DNA from: Octopus bimaculoides | Lineage: Eukaryota | DNA: 40,834 bases | NCBI RefSeq assembly: GCF_001194135.2 | Contig: NC_068985.1 | Coordinates: 62,088,788 to 62,129,621, forward strand | Direction of reading: 5' to 3' | Made by a program: the position numbers and the translations under genes | The notes under the pieces: model-generated | Databases searched by the model: none | What the model was told of the DNA's origin: nothing | The model's input: only the letters and a program-made list of their open reading frames with translations | In this document: in pieces, positions 11,881-23,980 of the stretch | Position numbering within the stretch: the stretch's first letter is position 1 | Layout: each line of letters begins with the position of its first letter

Positions 11881-11950
11881 CATACCTAAATATATATACA
11901 AGCGTAGCCTTGGACCATACCTAAATATATATACAAGCTTAGCCTTGGAC
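11881..11950 (+). repeat. 35-bp tandem duplication (2 copies, 1 mismatch)
   Basis: CATACCTAAATATATATACAAGC(G/T)TAGCCTTGGAC x2. Confidence 0.92.
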
Positions 11951-12269
11951 GTGAAGTGCCTCCTTCAGGCAAAGTTTGCAGGTTGAGCGTTGACTTCGGT
12001 AGGGAAGCCCTGAGTCCAGTATGGACCATGATAGAGTATAGGGTATATTTGTATTTTGAGATGATGTATGTGGTTGGCGAGTGTCGTAGATTTACTATGT
12101 TTATCGTATTTAAAAGAATGGAGGTGAGCTGCATATCGTTGCTTAACAATTTTATCCTATGTATATGGCTGTAGAGTTGTGTAATAGATATGAAGCTTAG
12201 ACTGAATGAAGGACTATTGTGGCTTTTGCAAATCATTGAAGTTTTAGGATGCAGTAAAGACGTACCCAT

Positions 12270-14690
12270 TTGTCCTACAAAGTGAATTCAATGCCCATGT
12301 TGGTATTCCGGATCTGGAATGGAGTGATTGGGAGGAATGGCGACTCTGAACTCAACACGAATGAAGAGACTTTACTAGACTTCTGTGCTGGAAATGAGCT
12401 CCCAAATATAAACACGTTCTTCCACCACATTCTACCCATAAGCACAGAGATGCTTTGAGACAGAGGTGTCACGGATAGATTTTATTGTCTTGGACCACTT
12501 TGATTCTATATTGGACATTCATGTAATGAGAGGGGCGGAACCATCAACTGATCACCACTTAGTTGTCTGCAATCTGAGACTATCTACAGCAGAGAAAAAC
12601 TCAGGAAACTGGTAATTCCAGTGCAACTTATAGAATAACGCTGGAAGCCCTGGCAGATGATGGATCAGAAACAAACATGCGGACACTATTGCATCCAAAT
12701 TCAGAGTTTCCTGAAGAGACTAAGGATGTCGAAACTAAGTGGAGACTATTTTGTTCCACAGTTTCTTCTTCGGCTGTACATTGTTGTGGAAGAAAACGGT
12801 ATCAGGTGGTAAAAGAACCCCCTTGTATAACCAAGAAGTTGAAAATACCATTCGAGCAAAAAAAGAGGCTTAGAAAACTTGGCTTGGAAGCAACTGTTCC
12901 CTTTTGCGCAGGTGGTACACTGAGGTGCAAAAAGTTGCAGCAGATGTAGTAAAAACGTCCAAGGCTAAGCTGGGATGAGTTTGGAGTTAAACCGAACTCT
13001 GTGTTTAGATTGTCTAATAAATTATTCTGGTAGACCATCCTATGATTTCATAACAAGTGGCCTTCTTCCACACGTGCCCTGAAGAATTCGGCTGGGGTTC
13101 TTCTCTCTATAGTGAAGAGCGTTCTTGGGAGATGGAAAAAGTTCTTTGCTGACCTCCGAATCCAGTCACGGTAATCTTCTGGTGAGCACGAAGTGCATTT
13201 AGGGACGAGGACCGACTTCACAGAGGCTGGAGTCATAGAGGTGATTAAAGAGATCAAATGCTGCAAGGCCGCTGGAAAGGATAAAGTTGAACTTGAGATA
13301 TTAGAAGGCTTAACTGGAGAAGGTATTCTCAAGCTTCCTCGTATATGCCAGTTGACTTGCTCCACTGGAAAGATAGCAACGCAATAACAATCTGTGGTGA
13401 TAATCTCAATTTTTAAAAAGGGAGACAAGAAACAGTGCTCTAATTATAGAGGAATCTCCTTGTTGAGCCTCCCTGGTAAAGTCTACACTAGGTATCTGGA
13501 AAAGAGGTGTAGAGAAATTGTCGAGCCAAAGCTAGCTGAAGAACAGTGTGGTTTCGTCTGTGACACAGTGCAACCGAACAGATATCCCATCTACAGCATG
13601 TCTCCATGAAATCATGAGAATATTGCTAAGAGGTATACGCCTGATTTGTAAACTTCAAAAGAGGCATATAACTGTGTGTCGCGGTACATGCTGTTGAGGA
13701 TCTGTTTGGGATTAGTGAGTACTTCTGGTTATCACGAAATTCTTATACGAATGCCTGGCTGTTTGTGTTCGGGTAAATGTTGCTAAGTCGAAACCTTTTA
13801 GCGTGAGTGTTGGACTTCAGCTGGGTTGCATATTGTCACTTCTCCTTTTCATACATTTTATGAAGTAGATTGACATGCACAGCCGTTGTGGAAGTGGTAT
13901 CACAGTTTGGTGGGTATAGGATTGGTCAGCTGATATTTGCAGACGACATGGTACTATTTGATCTCAAAAGGTAAACTCCAGCATGAACTGAATGGGTTTA
14001 CCGCTGAGGGCTGCAAGGCAGGGATGAGAATTAGTGTTTCGAAGACTGTGACATTGGTCCTGTCAAGAAAGTTTTCCCAGTGCACTTTGCGTGTTAGAGG
14101 AACATCACTGAGACAATAGGAGAAGCTTAGGTATCTCGAGACCATATTCTTGACAGATGAGAAGCTGGAGTCTGAATTGGATGCTAGAATTTTTGGTGCG
14201 GACAAAGTAATGCACCACCTTCAGCATTCGATCCTCTAAGGAAAGGTTGATAAGAAAAACCAAACTTGCAAACTTCAATTTGGTTTTCGTGCCTATCCCC
14301 AACTATTATCATGAACGTTGGGTATTGACCGAAAGCGTACGATCGCGAATACAACCGGCCAAAATGGGATTCCTCCGAAGGGTATCTAGAGAAACGTTAC
14401 TGGACAGTGTGTTTGCTCAGAAACAGGGAGTCTTCCAGGTCGAACAGTTACTTCTCTACATTGAGAAGTCACAGCTCCGGTACTACAGATATGTAATTAG
14501 AATGTTGCAGTAAAGAATTGCAAGAAAACCTAGCAGTAGACAAAGAATGAGATATCTGTAGTCTCATTTGGTCAGTTTGGGGATCCGGCTGGGGAGTCTA
14601 ATGATGGTTGTTTCTAATAAAGCCCTATGATGGAGATTCTGCCGTCACAATCCTCACAAAAATAGTGGACGGAGATGGGGAGGTAGGATG
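12270..14690 (+). mobile_element. Decayed RTE-clade LINE (APE + RT), 5' truncated
   Basis: WNGVIGRNGDSELN...LLDFCAGNELPNINTFF, STDHHLVVC, IFKKGDKKQCSNYRGISLLSLPGKVY, LAEEQCGF, LIFADDMV; many stops and frameshifts; boundaries approximate. Confidence 0.88.
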
Positions 14691-15117
14691 GACATATACA
14701 TGCGTATATTTTTGAGTGTATACACATGTGTGTGTGTTCGTGTATGTATGTGTGTGCGTGTGTGTGTGTGTGTGTGCGTGCGTGTGTATGTGTGTATGTG
14801 CACGTGTGTGTGTGTGCTTGTAAATATATATAATTTACTGTTTCGTTATTGGTGGGATCAACAAAAAAGTACGCCATCTAGTAATTTAATATACACAGAA
14901 TTTAAATACTGTGAGAATTTAATAAGCTAGCAGGTTTGAATAGCAAGCCTTGTATTTCCTAACAAGTTTTCAGACTCAAATATACAACATGGCTGGTCGA
15001 ATTTATCCAAAACGAACAGCCATTTTGTATATTGAAGGATTGCTTGAAAGTACAAGGTATGTTATACGAGCGTATGAGTTTATTGTGCTTTCACAGTAGC
15101 TCGATTTTATATGCTAT

Positions 15118-15182
<65 letters not shown>

Positions 15183-15192
15183 NNNNNNNNNN

Positions 15193-15214
<22 letters not shown>

Positions 15215-15223
<9 letters not shown>

Positions 15224-16029
15224 TACATGCGTGGGAAATTCTGTCTGTGGGTGTGTTTGTGGAGTTGTTAGCTAACTCCTCCTACATAGTTTTATCGATT
15301 TTGATGAAACTTGACACTTGAGTAGAACTCATGTCTGGAAACCTCATAGTATACCCAGTTTGTTGAAAAATCGATAAAAGATACCCTGGAATGGATCCTT
15401 ATAAAAACAAGGGAAACAACCTATTCATTTTCCTAAATTATTTGGTAATAGGTATGCTTATTTCGTAGTACTTGAACTGTTAGAGTTATTCTCGCAATTT
15501 ATCCAGTACAACACTTAAACAAGTAAATTGTATTTTCCTAAACAATAGATCCACTTATTTCGGTTCACGAATATACCAATACTAGCGCTCCTGATGGTAA
15601 TATTGTCTGGGAACGCACAAAGGCCCTTTTCAGAGTTATTTACTTTGAATTGTTACTATCTCATATCTGATTAGCCTGTTATTACGTAACATGCTTCACG
15701 ATTTTAGTATGCATATTGGTATCTCCTTCTATGTTCTGGGAACGCATTAAAGCCCTTTTCAGGGTTACCTTATTTGAATTTTTACTATCAGGTAACTAAT
15801 TTCCTGTTATTACATAATTGACTTCACAGTTTGGGTATTCATAACTTATTGGGAATTTCTAAAAGCAAGATCCTGTGTAAGTCAGTTCGGTATTCTCTGT
15901 AAATGCACAAAAATCGTTTCAAAGGCTACATACTTTACATTGTTGTTATTGGATTAGTGAAACAATTATGAGAATGGAACCAAGGGATAAGCCCCGCTTT
16001 CCCGAGAATTACCGGGTACGTCAGCTAGT
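15215..16029 (+). mobile_element. Putative non-autonomous Helitron-like (DINE/HINE-type) element
   Basis: Ends CCCG-AGAATTAC-CGGG-TACGTCAG-CTAG|T (small subterminal hairpin plus CTAG). The 5' block TCTGTCTGT...AACTCCTCCTAC...TTGATGAAACTTGAC resembles DINE-type heads. Internal ~130-bp degenerate duplication (15608-15720 vs 15737-15850). Confidence 0.6.
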
Positions 16030-17333
16030 ATATATATATANNNNNNNNNNNNNNNNNNNNNNNNNNNNNNNNNNNNNNNNNNNNNNNNNNNNNNNNNNNN
16101 NNNNNNNNNNNNNNNNNNNNNNNNNNNNNNNNNNNNNNNNNNNNNNNNNNNNNNNNNNNNNNNNNNNNNNNNNNNNNNNNNNNNNNNNNNNNNNNNNNNN
16201 NNNNNNNNNNNNNNNNNNNNNNNNNNNNNNNNNNNNNNNNNNNNNNNNNNNNNNNNNNNNNNNNNNNNNNNNNNNNNNNNNNNNNNNNNNNNNNNNNNNN
16301 NNNNNNNNNNNNNNNNNNNNNNNNNNNNNNNNNNNNNNNNNNNNNNNNNNNNNNNNNNNNNNNNNNNNNNNNNNNNNNNNNNNNNNNNNNNNNNNNNNNN
16401 NNNNNNNNNNNNNNNNNNNNNNNNNNNNNNNNNNNNNNNNNNNNNNNNNNNNNNNNNNNNNNNNNNNNNNNNNNNNNNNNNNNNNNNNNNNNNNNNNNNN
16501 NNNNNNNNNNNNNNNNNNNNNNNNNNNNNNNNNNNNNNNNNNNNNNNNNNNNNNNNNNNNNNNNNNNNNNNNNNNNNNNNNNNNNNNNNNNNNNNNNNNN
16601 NNNNNNNNNNNNNNNNNNNNNNNNNNNNNNNNNNNNNNNNNNNNNNNNNNNNNNNNNNNNNNNNNNNNNNNNNNNNNNNNNNNNNNNNNNNNNNNNNNNN
16701 NNNNNNNNNNNNNNNNNNNNNNNNNNNNNNNNNNNNNNNNNNNNNNNNNNNNNNNNNNNNNNNNNNNNNNNNNNNNNNNNNNNNNNNNNNNNNNNNNNNN
16801 NNNNNNNNNNNNNNNNNNNNNNNNNNNNNNNNNNNNNNNNNNNNNNNNNNNNNNNNNNNNNNNNNNNGAAGAAAAAAAACAATGAAAAACTAACCATTCC
16901 GAAGGTTAACAGTAGACGCGTTTCTGGATTATGATTGATACTCAATTTCCTTCATCAATACTGTATTCCAGCAGTAAATTTGACAAATATTTGCTGATCC
17001 CTTAATTATGTTTATAAATATATATGAGCTTTTAAATAAGTTCTCCACCAATAATGGTGCTTTCATACCGATGGGCTTGGTAAAAATTATTAATTGTTAA
17101 TTGATTTATTAATTAATAAATTGATAATCCTTTACCCTTTTAATTTGTAATATATATATATATACATATATGAAAGAAGTTGAAAACGCACTGGTGAGTG
17201 TTTTGGATGGTTTATTTTTATAGGTTTAAATGGTTTCACAGACTTTTATGATTTTCAAAAGCTAAGTGAAAGATAGAAATATATGAGGCTATGCCACAAT
17301 TGTCATGCTTCTGACTGAAGTTCGAAAATTCTA

Positions 17334-17494
17334 CCATTCTACCCATAAATAGAGAGATACTTTGTGACAGTGATCATGGATAGATTTTATTGTCTTGGAG
17401 CTCTTTGATTCCGTATTGGACCTTCATGTAATGAGAGGGGCAGAATTATCACCTGATCAGCACCTAGTTGTCTGCAGTCTGAAATTATCTACAG
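17334..17494 (+). mobile_element. Isolated internal fragment of the RTE family (endonuclease C-terminal region)
   Basis: Aligns by eye with 12426-12589 (CATTCTACCCATAA...GGATAGATTTTATTGTCTTGGA...CATGTAATGAGAGGGGC...TAGTTGTCTGCA). Confidence 0.85.
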
Positions 17495-17959
17495 TAAGGA
17501 AATTCTCTTGTTTTTATAGAGAGAACATAGCTCAAATTAGTATCTGTTTAGGATACAACTTGATTACCAGATGATTATCACGTGATTAAGCTTTAAATGT
17601 TTGTAAATTCCTTGCTAACTGACATTGCTGCGTTAATGTCATGTGACAATATTTTTTGCGTAGAAAATTAAGGCTGACATCGTGTCTAGTGACAATCTCA
17701 AGCAATCAGGACTCTCTAAGTTTAACCTTTCAAGTTGTAGAGTGGACAGCATTTTTCTGTATATAGTCCAGCGGCTGAATGGTTATGATTTGTATGTATG
17801 TGCATAAGCATAAAATCTTGTTCGCCACTAAATCTTAGTATTAGTTTCATGCGAGAAAAAGTCATGATTCTGCCGAAAGTTTAGGTTGTTAGCTGTGTAA
17901 ATTCAAAGTTCCAGAATAAGTTTGTGTGTGAGTGGTTGTTGGTGAATGAACTTTGTTGA

Positions 17960-19250
17960 AGTTTATTTATTCGTGGTTTGTATTTTTGTATGAATATATT
18001 TTCTTTCTTTATTCATGTTTGATCTGTGGTATTGATTGAAGACAAAGGTAAAGCAAGAAGACTTGGAATTTGGGGGACTTATTTTTTGCGCATATGTCCG
18101 TTTGCCCATTTAGTGGGATCTCACTAGTACTGGGATCTTGTATTTGTTGACGATGGATAGTCAGTTTATTTCCGAAAGTGTTGTTTGACCTATGTAATCC
18201 TCGTTACATCATTTACATTTAATCACATATATCAAAACAGGTGAAATAATTTTTTTACAGTAACAATCTGTCCTGATTTAAGTTTACATATTTTGTTTTC
18301 GATGAGGTTGATGCAAATCCTACAGTTAGGGCGACCACACTTTTCGACTGTTGGTGTGGGGCTTGTAGAGGGTCATTTAGTGCTGGTGAATAATTTTTTT
18401 AGGCATTTTGATTGCCTTTTACTTTTGATTATTTTGTGTACTTCGGGTGCATGTTTGATTCGTGGATCTTGTCTCAGTAGTGAAATGTTCTGGTGGATAA
18501 TGTAAATCTTTGTATACTGTTGGTTGTGTGCTGTAATAAAGGGTAGAGTATTGGGTATATCTGAAATGTGTTTTTTTTTTTCGTAGTTCTTGAATATCTA
18601 TTGCTTTGGTGCGTTCTATTCCGTTGTCTATTAACATTGATGGTTATTGTCTTTTAGTATTTGCTTTAATTCCTGGAGACTTTTGTTACGAGTTTCAATA
18701 TTTGAAGCAATTGTGCAGATTTTTCTTGCTAGATTAAATGAAATAATCTTCGTGTGTTTGGGATGGCATAAAGAGAATAGCATGTATTGTTTAGAATCTG
18801 TAGGTTTGTAGTGAATGTCTGCTTCAATGTTTGGGCCTGTTTTCATGATGAGAATGTCCGGGAATGGTAACTGAGTTTTACAGTATTCAATGGTGTAGTT
18901 AATACTGTTGCTTATGTTATTAACTAGGTTTTAGAAATCAATAAGCTGGTCAAATGTGTTCCTCTAGCGAATCAGGCCGTCATCTGAGTAATGTTTCCAG
19001 ATTTCTAGTAAATATTTATGAAAGTTCAAGCCGTATTTAGATTGTTCATATATCTGGACCTCCATTTGCTTGTAAATATTGCCGTTAAAGTAAAAAAAAT
19101 GTTGTTTTCAAGAATGAATTTTAATCCTTCAGTGATGAAACTTTTTTCAGTTATGCCCGAGATTTCATGAAGGAATATTTCAAGCCAAAAGTCTATTGGC
19201 TCTAATCCAAATCGGTGCTGGTTGGTGGCATAGAGGTTTTTTTTTTGGTT
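17960..19250 (-). mobile_element. Penelope-like element 1 (partial RT + GIY-YIG), decayed and 5' truncated
   Basis: NLY...FGLEPIDFWL, LKFILENN, WKHYSDDG, ADIHYKPTDSKQYMLFSLCHPKHTK, FNLARKICTI; GIY-YIG motifs LIYVIKCK*CNEDYIGQT, HRQQI, KENIFIQKYKPRIN. Confidence 0.88.
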
Positions 19251-19254
19251 TTTT

Positions 19255-19333
19255 TTTGCAAAACCCTTTGCATAGCGTCTTGTGTTGTCCTTTAATGTTT
19301 TGATTTATATTAGCCCTTGTAGCCAATAAAAGA

Positions 19334-19334
<1 letters not shown>
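19255..19334 (+). mobile_element. 3'-terminal stub of a Tx1-like LINE
   Basis: GCCCTTGTAGCCAATAAAAGAA (19313-19334) matches the terminus of Tx1 copy 3 (22066-22087) at 21 of 22 positions; followed by (TAT)n; 5' boundary uncertain. Confidence 0.65.
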
Positions 19335-19396
<62 letters not shown>

Positions 19397-19410
19397 CATT
19401 ATTATTTATT

Positions 19411-19627
19411 GCCTTTTCACAGCTTCTAATGCTGGAGATGTACTACAGTGACAGCTGTTCACTACCAGTGAACTAAGGTAACACTCCTTATTTTTCGAGC
19501 ACTATCCGGAGTATTTGAGCGGCTCCAAGCAGTGATGTTTTCTGCAAGTGCTCCACTCTTATTGCAGCATCTATTTGTTCCATGTACTTCTCAAGATTTT
19601 TGCTCACTGTTCCCAGGGCTCCGACAA
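19411..19627 (-). mobile_element. 3' stub of an R4/Dong-like RLE element (family A), with (TAT)n on both sides
   Basis: IVGALGTVSKNLEKYMEQIDAAIRVEHLQKTSLLGAAQILRIVLEK*; same 3' UTR as 175-353. Confidence 0.87.
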
Positions 19628-19657
19628 TTATTATTATTATTATTATTATTATGATAA

Positions 19658-19716
<59 letters not shown>

Positions 19717-19718
<2 letters not shown>

Positions 19719-22087
19719 GCGGAATACGTAAGACATTCTTTCGAACACGCTTCGTAAGTTATGTTTTAAACTGTGTTTTTAACCCTGTCTTTATAAATAT
19801 GTTATAAATGTTTGTTATAAACTGACAATAAAGTCACTAAAAACCTTTTGGCAGGTGTTCGGTAGTTGTTTCTGTCTTTTACACATCTTGTGTAAAAAAA
19901 CAAAAAAACAAGATGGTGTTGTCATCACCTTTACCATCGGTATTGCAACCATCATGGGAGTGTTGAAAAGAAAAGCCATTCCTCCCACCAGCCCTCCCAC
20001 AGAAGATTTTCCCCTCTTGTATCACTCACTCCCCAGCGACAACAACAACAGCCTAAGCATTGTGAGAACTCGCGAAGCATGTGAAATCAGTAGCAGCAAC
20101 AGCAGAAATGCAAAGTCGGAAAGAGAAAGACAGAAGATAGCAGAAATAACAACACCACTACGGATACTATTGACACCTGCGAAACCGAAATCACCAAAAT
20201 AATGACAATGTTAGATAATGTTAAGAACACCGACCAAAACAATAATACCACCAATTTTTTAAAAAATTTCCAACGTAGCCAGCTTTAGAAAAGAAATGCT
20301 TCTGCTGGCCCTTAATGAAAATGCAAAAGAATTGGCCCAAGCCAAAAGAATCATAAAAATTAAGCGGGGTAAGGCAGTGATTCTTGTACCCACTGAATGG
20401 TTGGAAATGAAAGAAAACAGAATCTATTTATTTTAAAGGTGTCTCGCGCAAGAGCAGGCGAGCAGAAATATCATCTATATGTCAAGTTGAGGTTGTTCTA
20501 AAGACATCTGTCAGTATCGAGATCGTCTTCAAAAGTGAGGAATTCGCACGTAAACAGGCAGTAAAGCCCCAATGGGGTGAAGAGTGGGTTCTGTATCCAA
20601 CCAACCTTTCAAAAAGAAATACCAAAACAAAAATACCAGGCGTTCCGCCAGGCGTGAAGTTCTGGTGGATTGTAGCGTGCGTGGTAGTGTATTTAGAGTC
20701 ACTCCTAGAGGTGAAACGGAGCAGCAAGGATAACCATTGAAATTCTGCTCCTTGTGAAACCGGAAAACATGGAAAAATCCCGGACCATATACAGATGCTC
20801 AACGGGGTTGACATGCATGTTATAGTAGAAGGCAGAAAGCCTAAGTGTGACATTTGTGGGGTCACAAGCCACCTCACGGCTTTCTACCCCAAAACGACAC
20901 GAGGCATGAGGCCATTCCCATCACCCAAACAAAACCCTCAACAATAGCAACAAGTGAGACAATATGCCACACATGCAGCCTCATTTTCAGGTGAAGCACA
21001 AAAACAGTAGAGATAACCACACAGGAAGTCTCACCAGACTAGCACTCCGTCTCCCCCTCTCTCAAGCACACACTGACAGCGGCGCTCACAAAAACACAGA
21101 TAGAGTCAGACACCCCGAGGCTGATTCCACAGACACTGGTGCCGCGTAGCGAAGACGAGAGGAACAGCAAAAATAAAAGAACCCAAAACAAAACGTTAAA
21201 GAAAAGTACCTGACCCACACAAATAATAGAAAGTGCAAAGGCAACAGACATATCTACATCAACACCAGCCCCACCGGCTACACTATCACTACCTCTTCTC
21301 AAAAAAGAAAGCACATACACACACAACAGTCAACCACAGAAACTCCCAATTTCGTGCTGGTGAGGAGAGCCAACAAACATTTGATGGACCGAAAATTGAG
21401 AGAGAGGGTGCAATACATGACTCCAGCTCCCTTAGAGTTCGGGAAAGTATGATGCTGGTACAGATGCCACTAAAGGTTGTAGGGCGCTGGACCGAAAGAC
21501 TGGCTAAATTGCTCGGGGTCTGGTTTGGTCCGAACCTCCAGGTGGACAAGAACTGGGGGAAGTGACAAGCAGAGTAACCAATCTCACCCAGAAATGAATA
21601 AAGATAAAGCTGTCGCTGAAAGGTCGGGCGGAGGAGGCGAATGTATACATCGCTTCCGTCATCTATTACCACCTGACCGTCGTCCCTTGCCCTGCTTCAT
21701 GGCTAACCAAGCTGGCGCGCTTGCTTTTCCGCTTTCTGTGGAAGGAACGTGTTCCGCTCGTCAGTCAACAACCACTGAGTGGAGGACTGAGCATGCCGTG
21801 ACTAATGATGCACAGACACGCGCTGAAGCTACATCTCCAGCATTTTCTTAACGTGAGAGGTGCCTGCTGAAGTGCACCTGGCGGTTGGAATAACCAGATT
21901 GTGTAGAGTTCTGCAGTTGGCCCTGTGAGGAACCCCCATCTTTTCGGGAATTTTTATCGTTAAATTATTTGTTATTTGTTTTTGCTACGTATTGTATACA
22001 CGGCATTGTTCAACCCCCTCCCATCTGTCCCTTGTATTGTACTGCTCTTATTTGTTTTGTGTTCGGCCCTTGTGGCCAATAAAAGAA
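19717..22087 (+). mobile_element. L1/Tx1-like element (copy 3), both ends apparently present, most of ORF2 deleted
   Basis: Decayed ORF1 with EGRKPKCDICGVTSHLTAFY (last Cys lost); a short ORF2 remnant (LLGVWFGPNLQVDKNW, LSLKGRAE, ASVIYY, LFRFLWK) at ~21400-21850; 3' end GCCCTTGTGGCCAATAAAAGAA followed by microsatellite. Confidence 0.82.
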
Positions 22088-22089
22088 AG

Positions 22090-22124
22090 TATTATTGTTA
22101 TCATCATCATCATCATCATTATTA

Positions 22125-22200
<76 letters not shown>
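22090..22200. repeat. Compound (CAT)n(TAT)n(TAG)n microsatellite shared by the converging Tx1 and R4 3' ends
   Basis: Directly visible. Confidence 0.95.
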
Positions 22201-22201
<1 letters not shown>

Positions 22202-23490
22202 CTTATTTTTATCACTGCACTACCGAGCACAGCTTTGTGTTCCTTGGGTATGTGCTGTGGTTTGTTGTGATGCTTTTATTTTTATTGTATTTAAAGTGTT
22301 TTACGTAGGATGTGTGTGGTGCCTAGTAGTGTTATTTTGTGTATCTTATATATACTTATTAGTTTTTGGTTTTTGTTATGTATTTGTCTGAATATTTTTA
22401 TCATACCTAATGCGCTTACTATAATAGGAATTGTTTCTGTTTTTAGACTCCACATTCGAGTTACCTCTATTTCCAAGTCATTGTATTTTGAAAGCTTCTC
22501 CATTTTTTTTAGAGAAACATTGTCATCTATTGGTATTGATACATCGATTACAAAGCATTTTTTTTCTTGATGATCTCTGACAGCTATATCCGACGTATTG
22601 GTCTTAATTTCTCTATCTGTGTGTATTGGCATATCTCATAGTATGGTCTGCTTTCTCATTTTCTGTTGTTATTCCATAGTGTTGGCATAGCTTCCAGTGT
22701 ATATAGATCCAGGACTGGGCAGCCAGAAACAATATGGTTTATTGTTTCTTGTCCATCTCTACATATTCTGCAGTTATTTGTTATGTTTCTTTTCATTATA
22801 TGTTTTTGGTAATTTCTGGTGGGGAGGCGTTGATCTTGTGCTGCAATTAAAAATCCTTAAGTCTCTGCTTTGAGTCCTGAGTTTCTCAGCCGTTGTTGGG
22901 ATTTTGCTTTGTCTATTTCTTTTGCGTTTAGTTTAACCTAGTATTTGCCATGAAGGGACTTTCTTGCCATCGTTTTATTATGAAACGTTTCTGTTCCGGT
23001 TTTAGTTTGGATTGCAGTTGTTTTACAGTGTTAGTTGTTTCTTCTTTTTCTTTATAACTGTTAGGTTCTATGACATCATTTTTGTATTTGTCAGCTTTTG
23101 TTTCTTTGTTTTGTTCGTGTTTTGTGGCTATTTGTATTAATCTTTTTTGCTTCTGAAGTACGTATTTTTGTAGTCCTATGGTGGTTATTTTGTAATAGTT
23201 TTCTAGCTGTATAAAGCCTCTGCCACTTTCGATACGTTGTGCGCATAACTTTTCTGTGTCAGATTTTGGGTGGTGCATCCTAAATGTTCTCATTATTTTT
23301 CTTGTTTTCCTGTCTATTAGTTCATTTAGAGTCCAATTAAGAATATTGTAGCTGCAACTTATAACTGGGACGAGTAGAGTGTTGATACCTATTATCTTGT
23401 TTTTCGCATTGAGCTCTGTTTTCAGTATTAATCTAACTTGTCTATAGTATTCTTTTCTCATTTTCTCTTTCATTTGTGTTCATACAATTA
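22201..23490 (-). mobile_element. 5'-truncated R4/Dong-like RLE retrotransposon (family B)
   Basis: KEYYRQVRLILKTELNAKNKI; GLKAET*GFLIAAQDQ; zinc knuckle CRICRDGQETINHIVSGCP; RLE region SDIAVRD...VIDVSIP...KLSKY.DL; C-terminus ITLLGTTHILRKTL; 3' UTR followed by (ACT)n(AAT)n. Confidence 0.92.
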
Positions 23491-23494
23491 TTTT

Positions 23495-23502
23495 TACTTT
23501 TA

Positions 23503-23571
<69 letters not shown>

Positions 23572-23594
23572 TGTTATTATTATTATCATCATCC

Positions 23595-23625
<31 letters not shown>

Positions 23626-23630
23626 TATTA
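23495..23630. repeat. (TAT)n/(CAT)n microsatellite
   Basis: Directly visible. Confidence 0.96.
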
Positions 23631-23980
23631 TTGAGTCAAAGAGCAGTGCATGCCATCAAAGTAACACTGGGGTAAAATATACGAAGCCAGTATACCCATC
23701 ATGACTACCCTTCTGATAAGGGTACACTAGGCACATGCATCACAGCCATATGTGCGCGACATGGTGATCTCATATCAAGATAAACAGCGCATGACCTTAC
23801 AGGTGGGGCCCAGTTACAATTTTCTTCAGGTCGAGTAGCCCATTCCGCTCAAAAGGTCCCTGAATAAGGGCTGTTTAAGGATTTTGAACGAACACCTATG
23901 TTTTCAAAAGTGAATCATCAAAACCCCAAAGAATTCCTTTCTATTTCTGCTCGTGATCAGACATGCACATTTCGTTAGCC
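23631..23980 (-). mobile_element. Unclassified putative interspersed repeat ending in (AAT)n on the minus strand
   Basis: A more GC-balanced non-coding block whose minus-strand end runs ...CTCTTTGACTC-AATAATAAT. It resembles an octopus repeat I recall but cannot verify, and there is no second copy in the window. Confidence 0.4.

Noticed and set aside
11881-11950. 35-bp direct repeat as a possible TSD or LTR
   Set aside because: The copies are directly adjacent with nothing inserted between them; a simple tandem duplication explains it.
17500-17960. Search for a hammerhead downstream of Penelope element 1
   Set aside because: No CUGANGA...GAAA arrangement with pairing stems found by eye on either strand.
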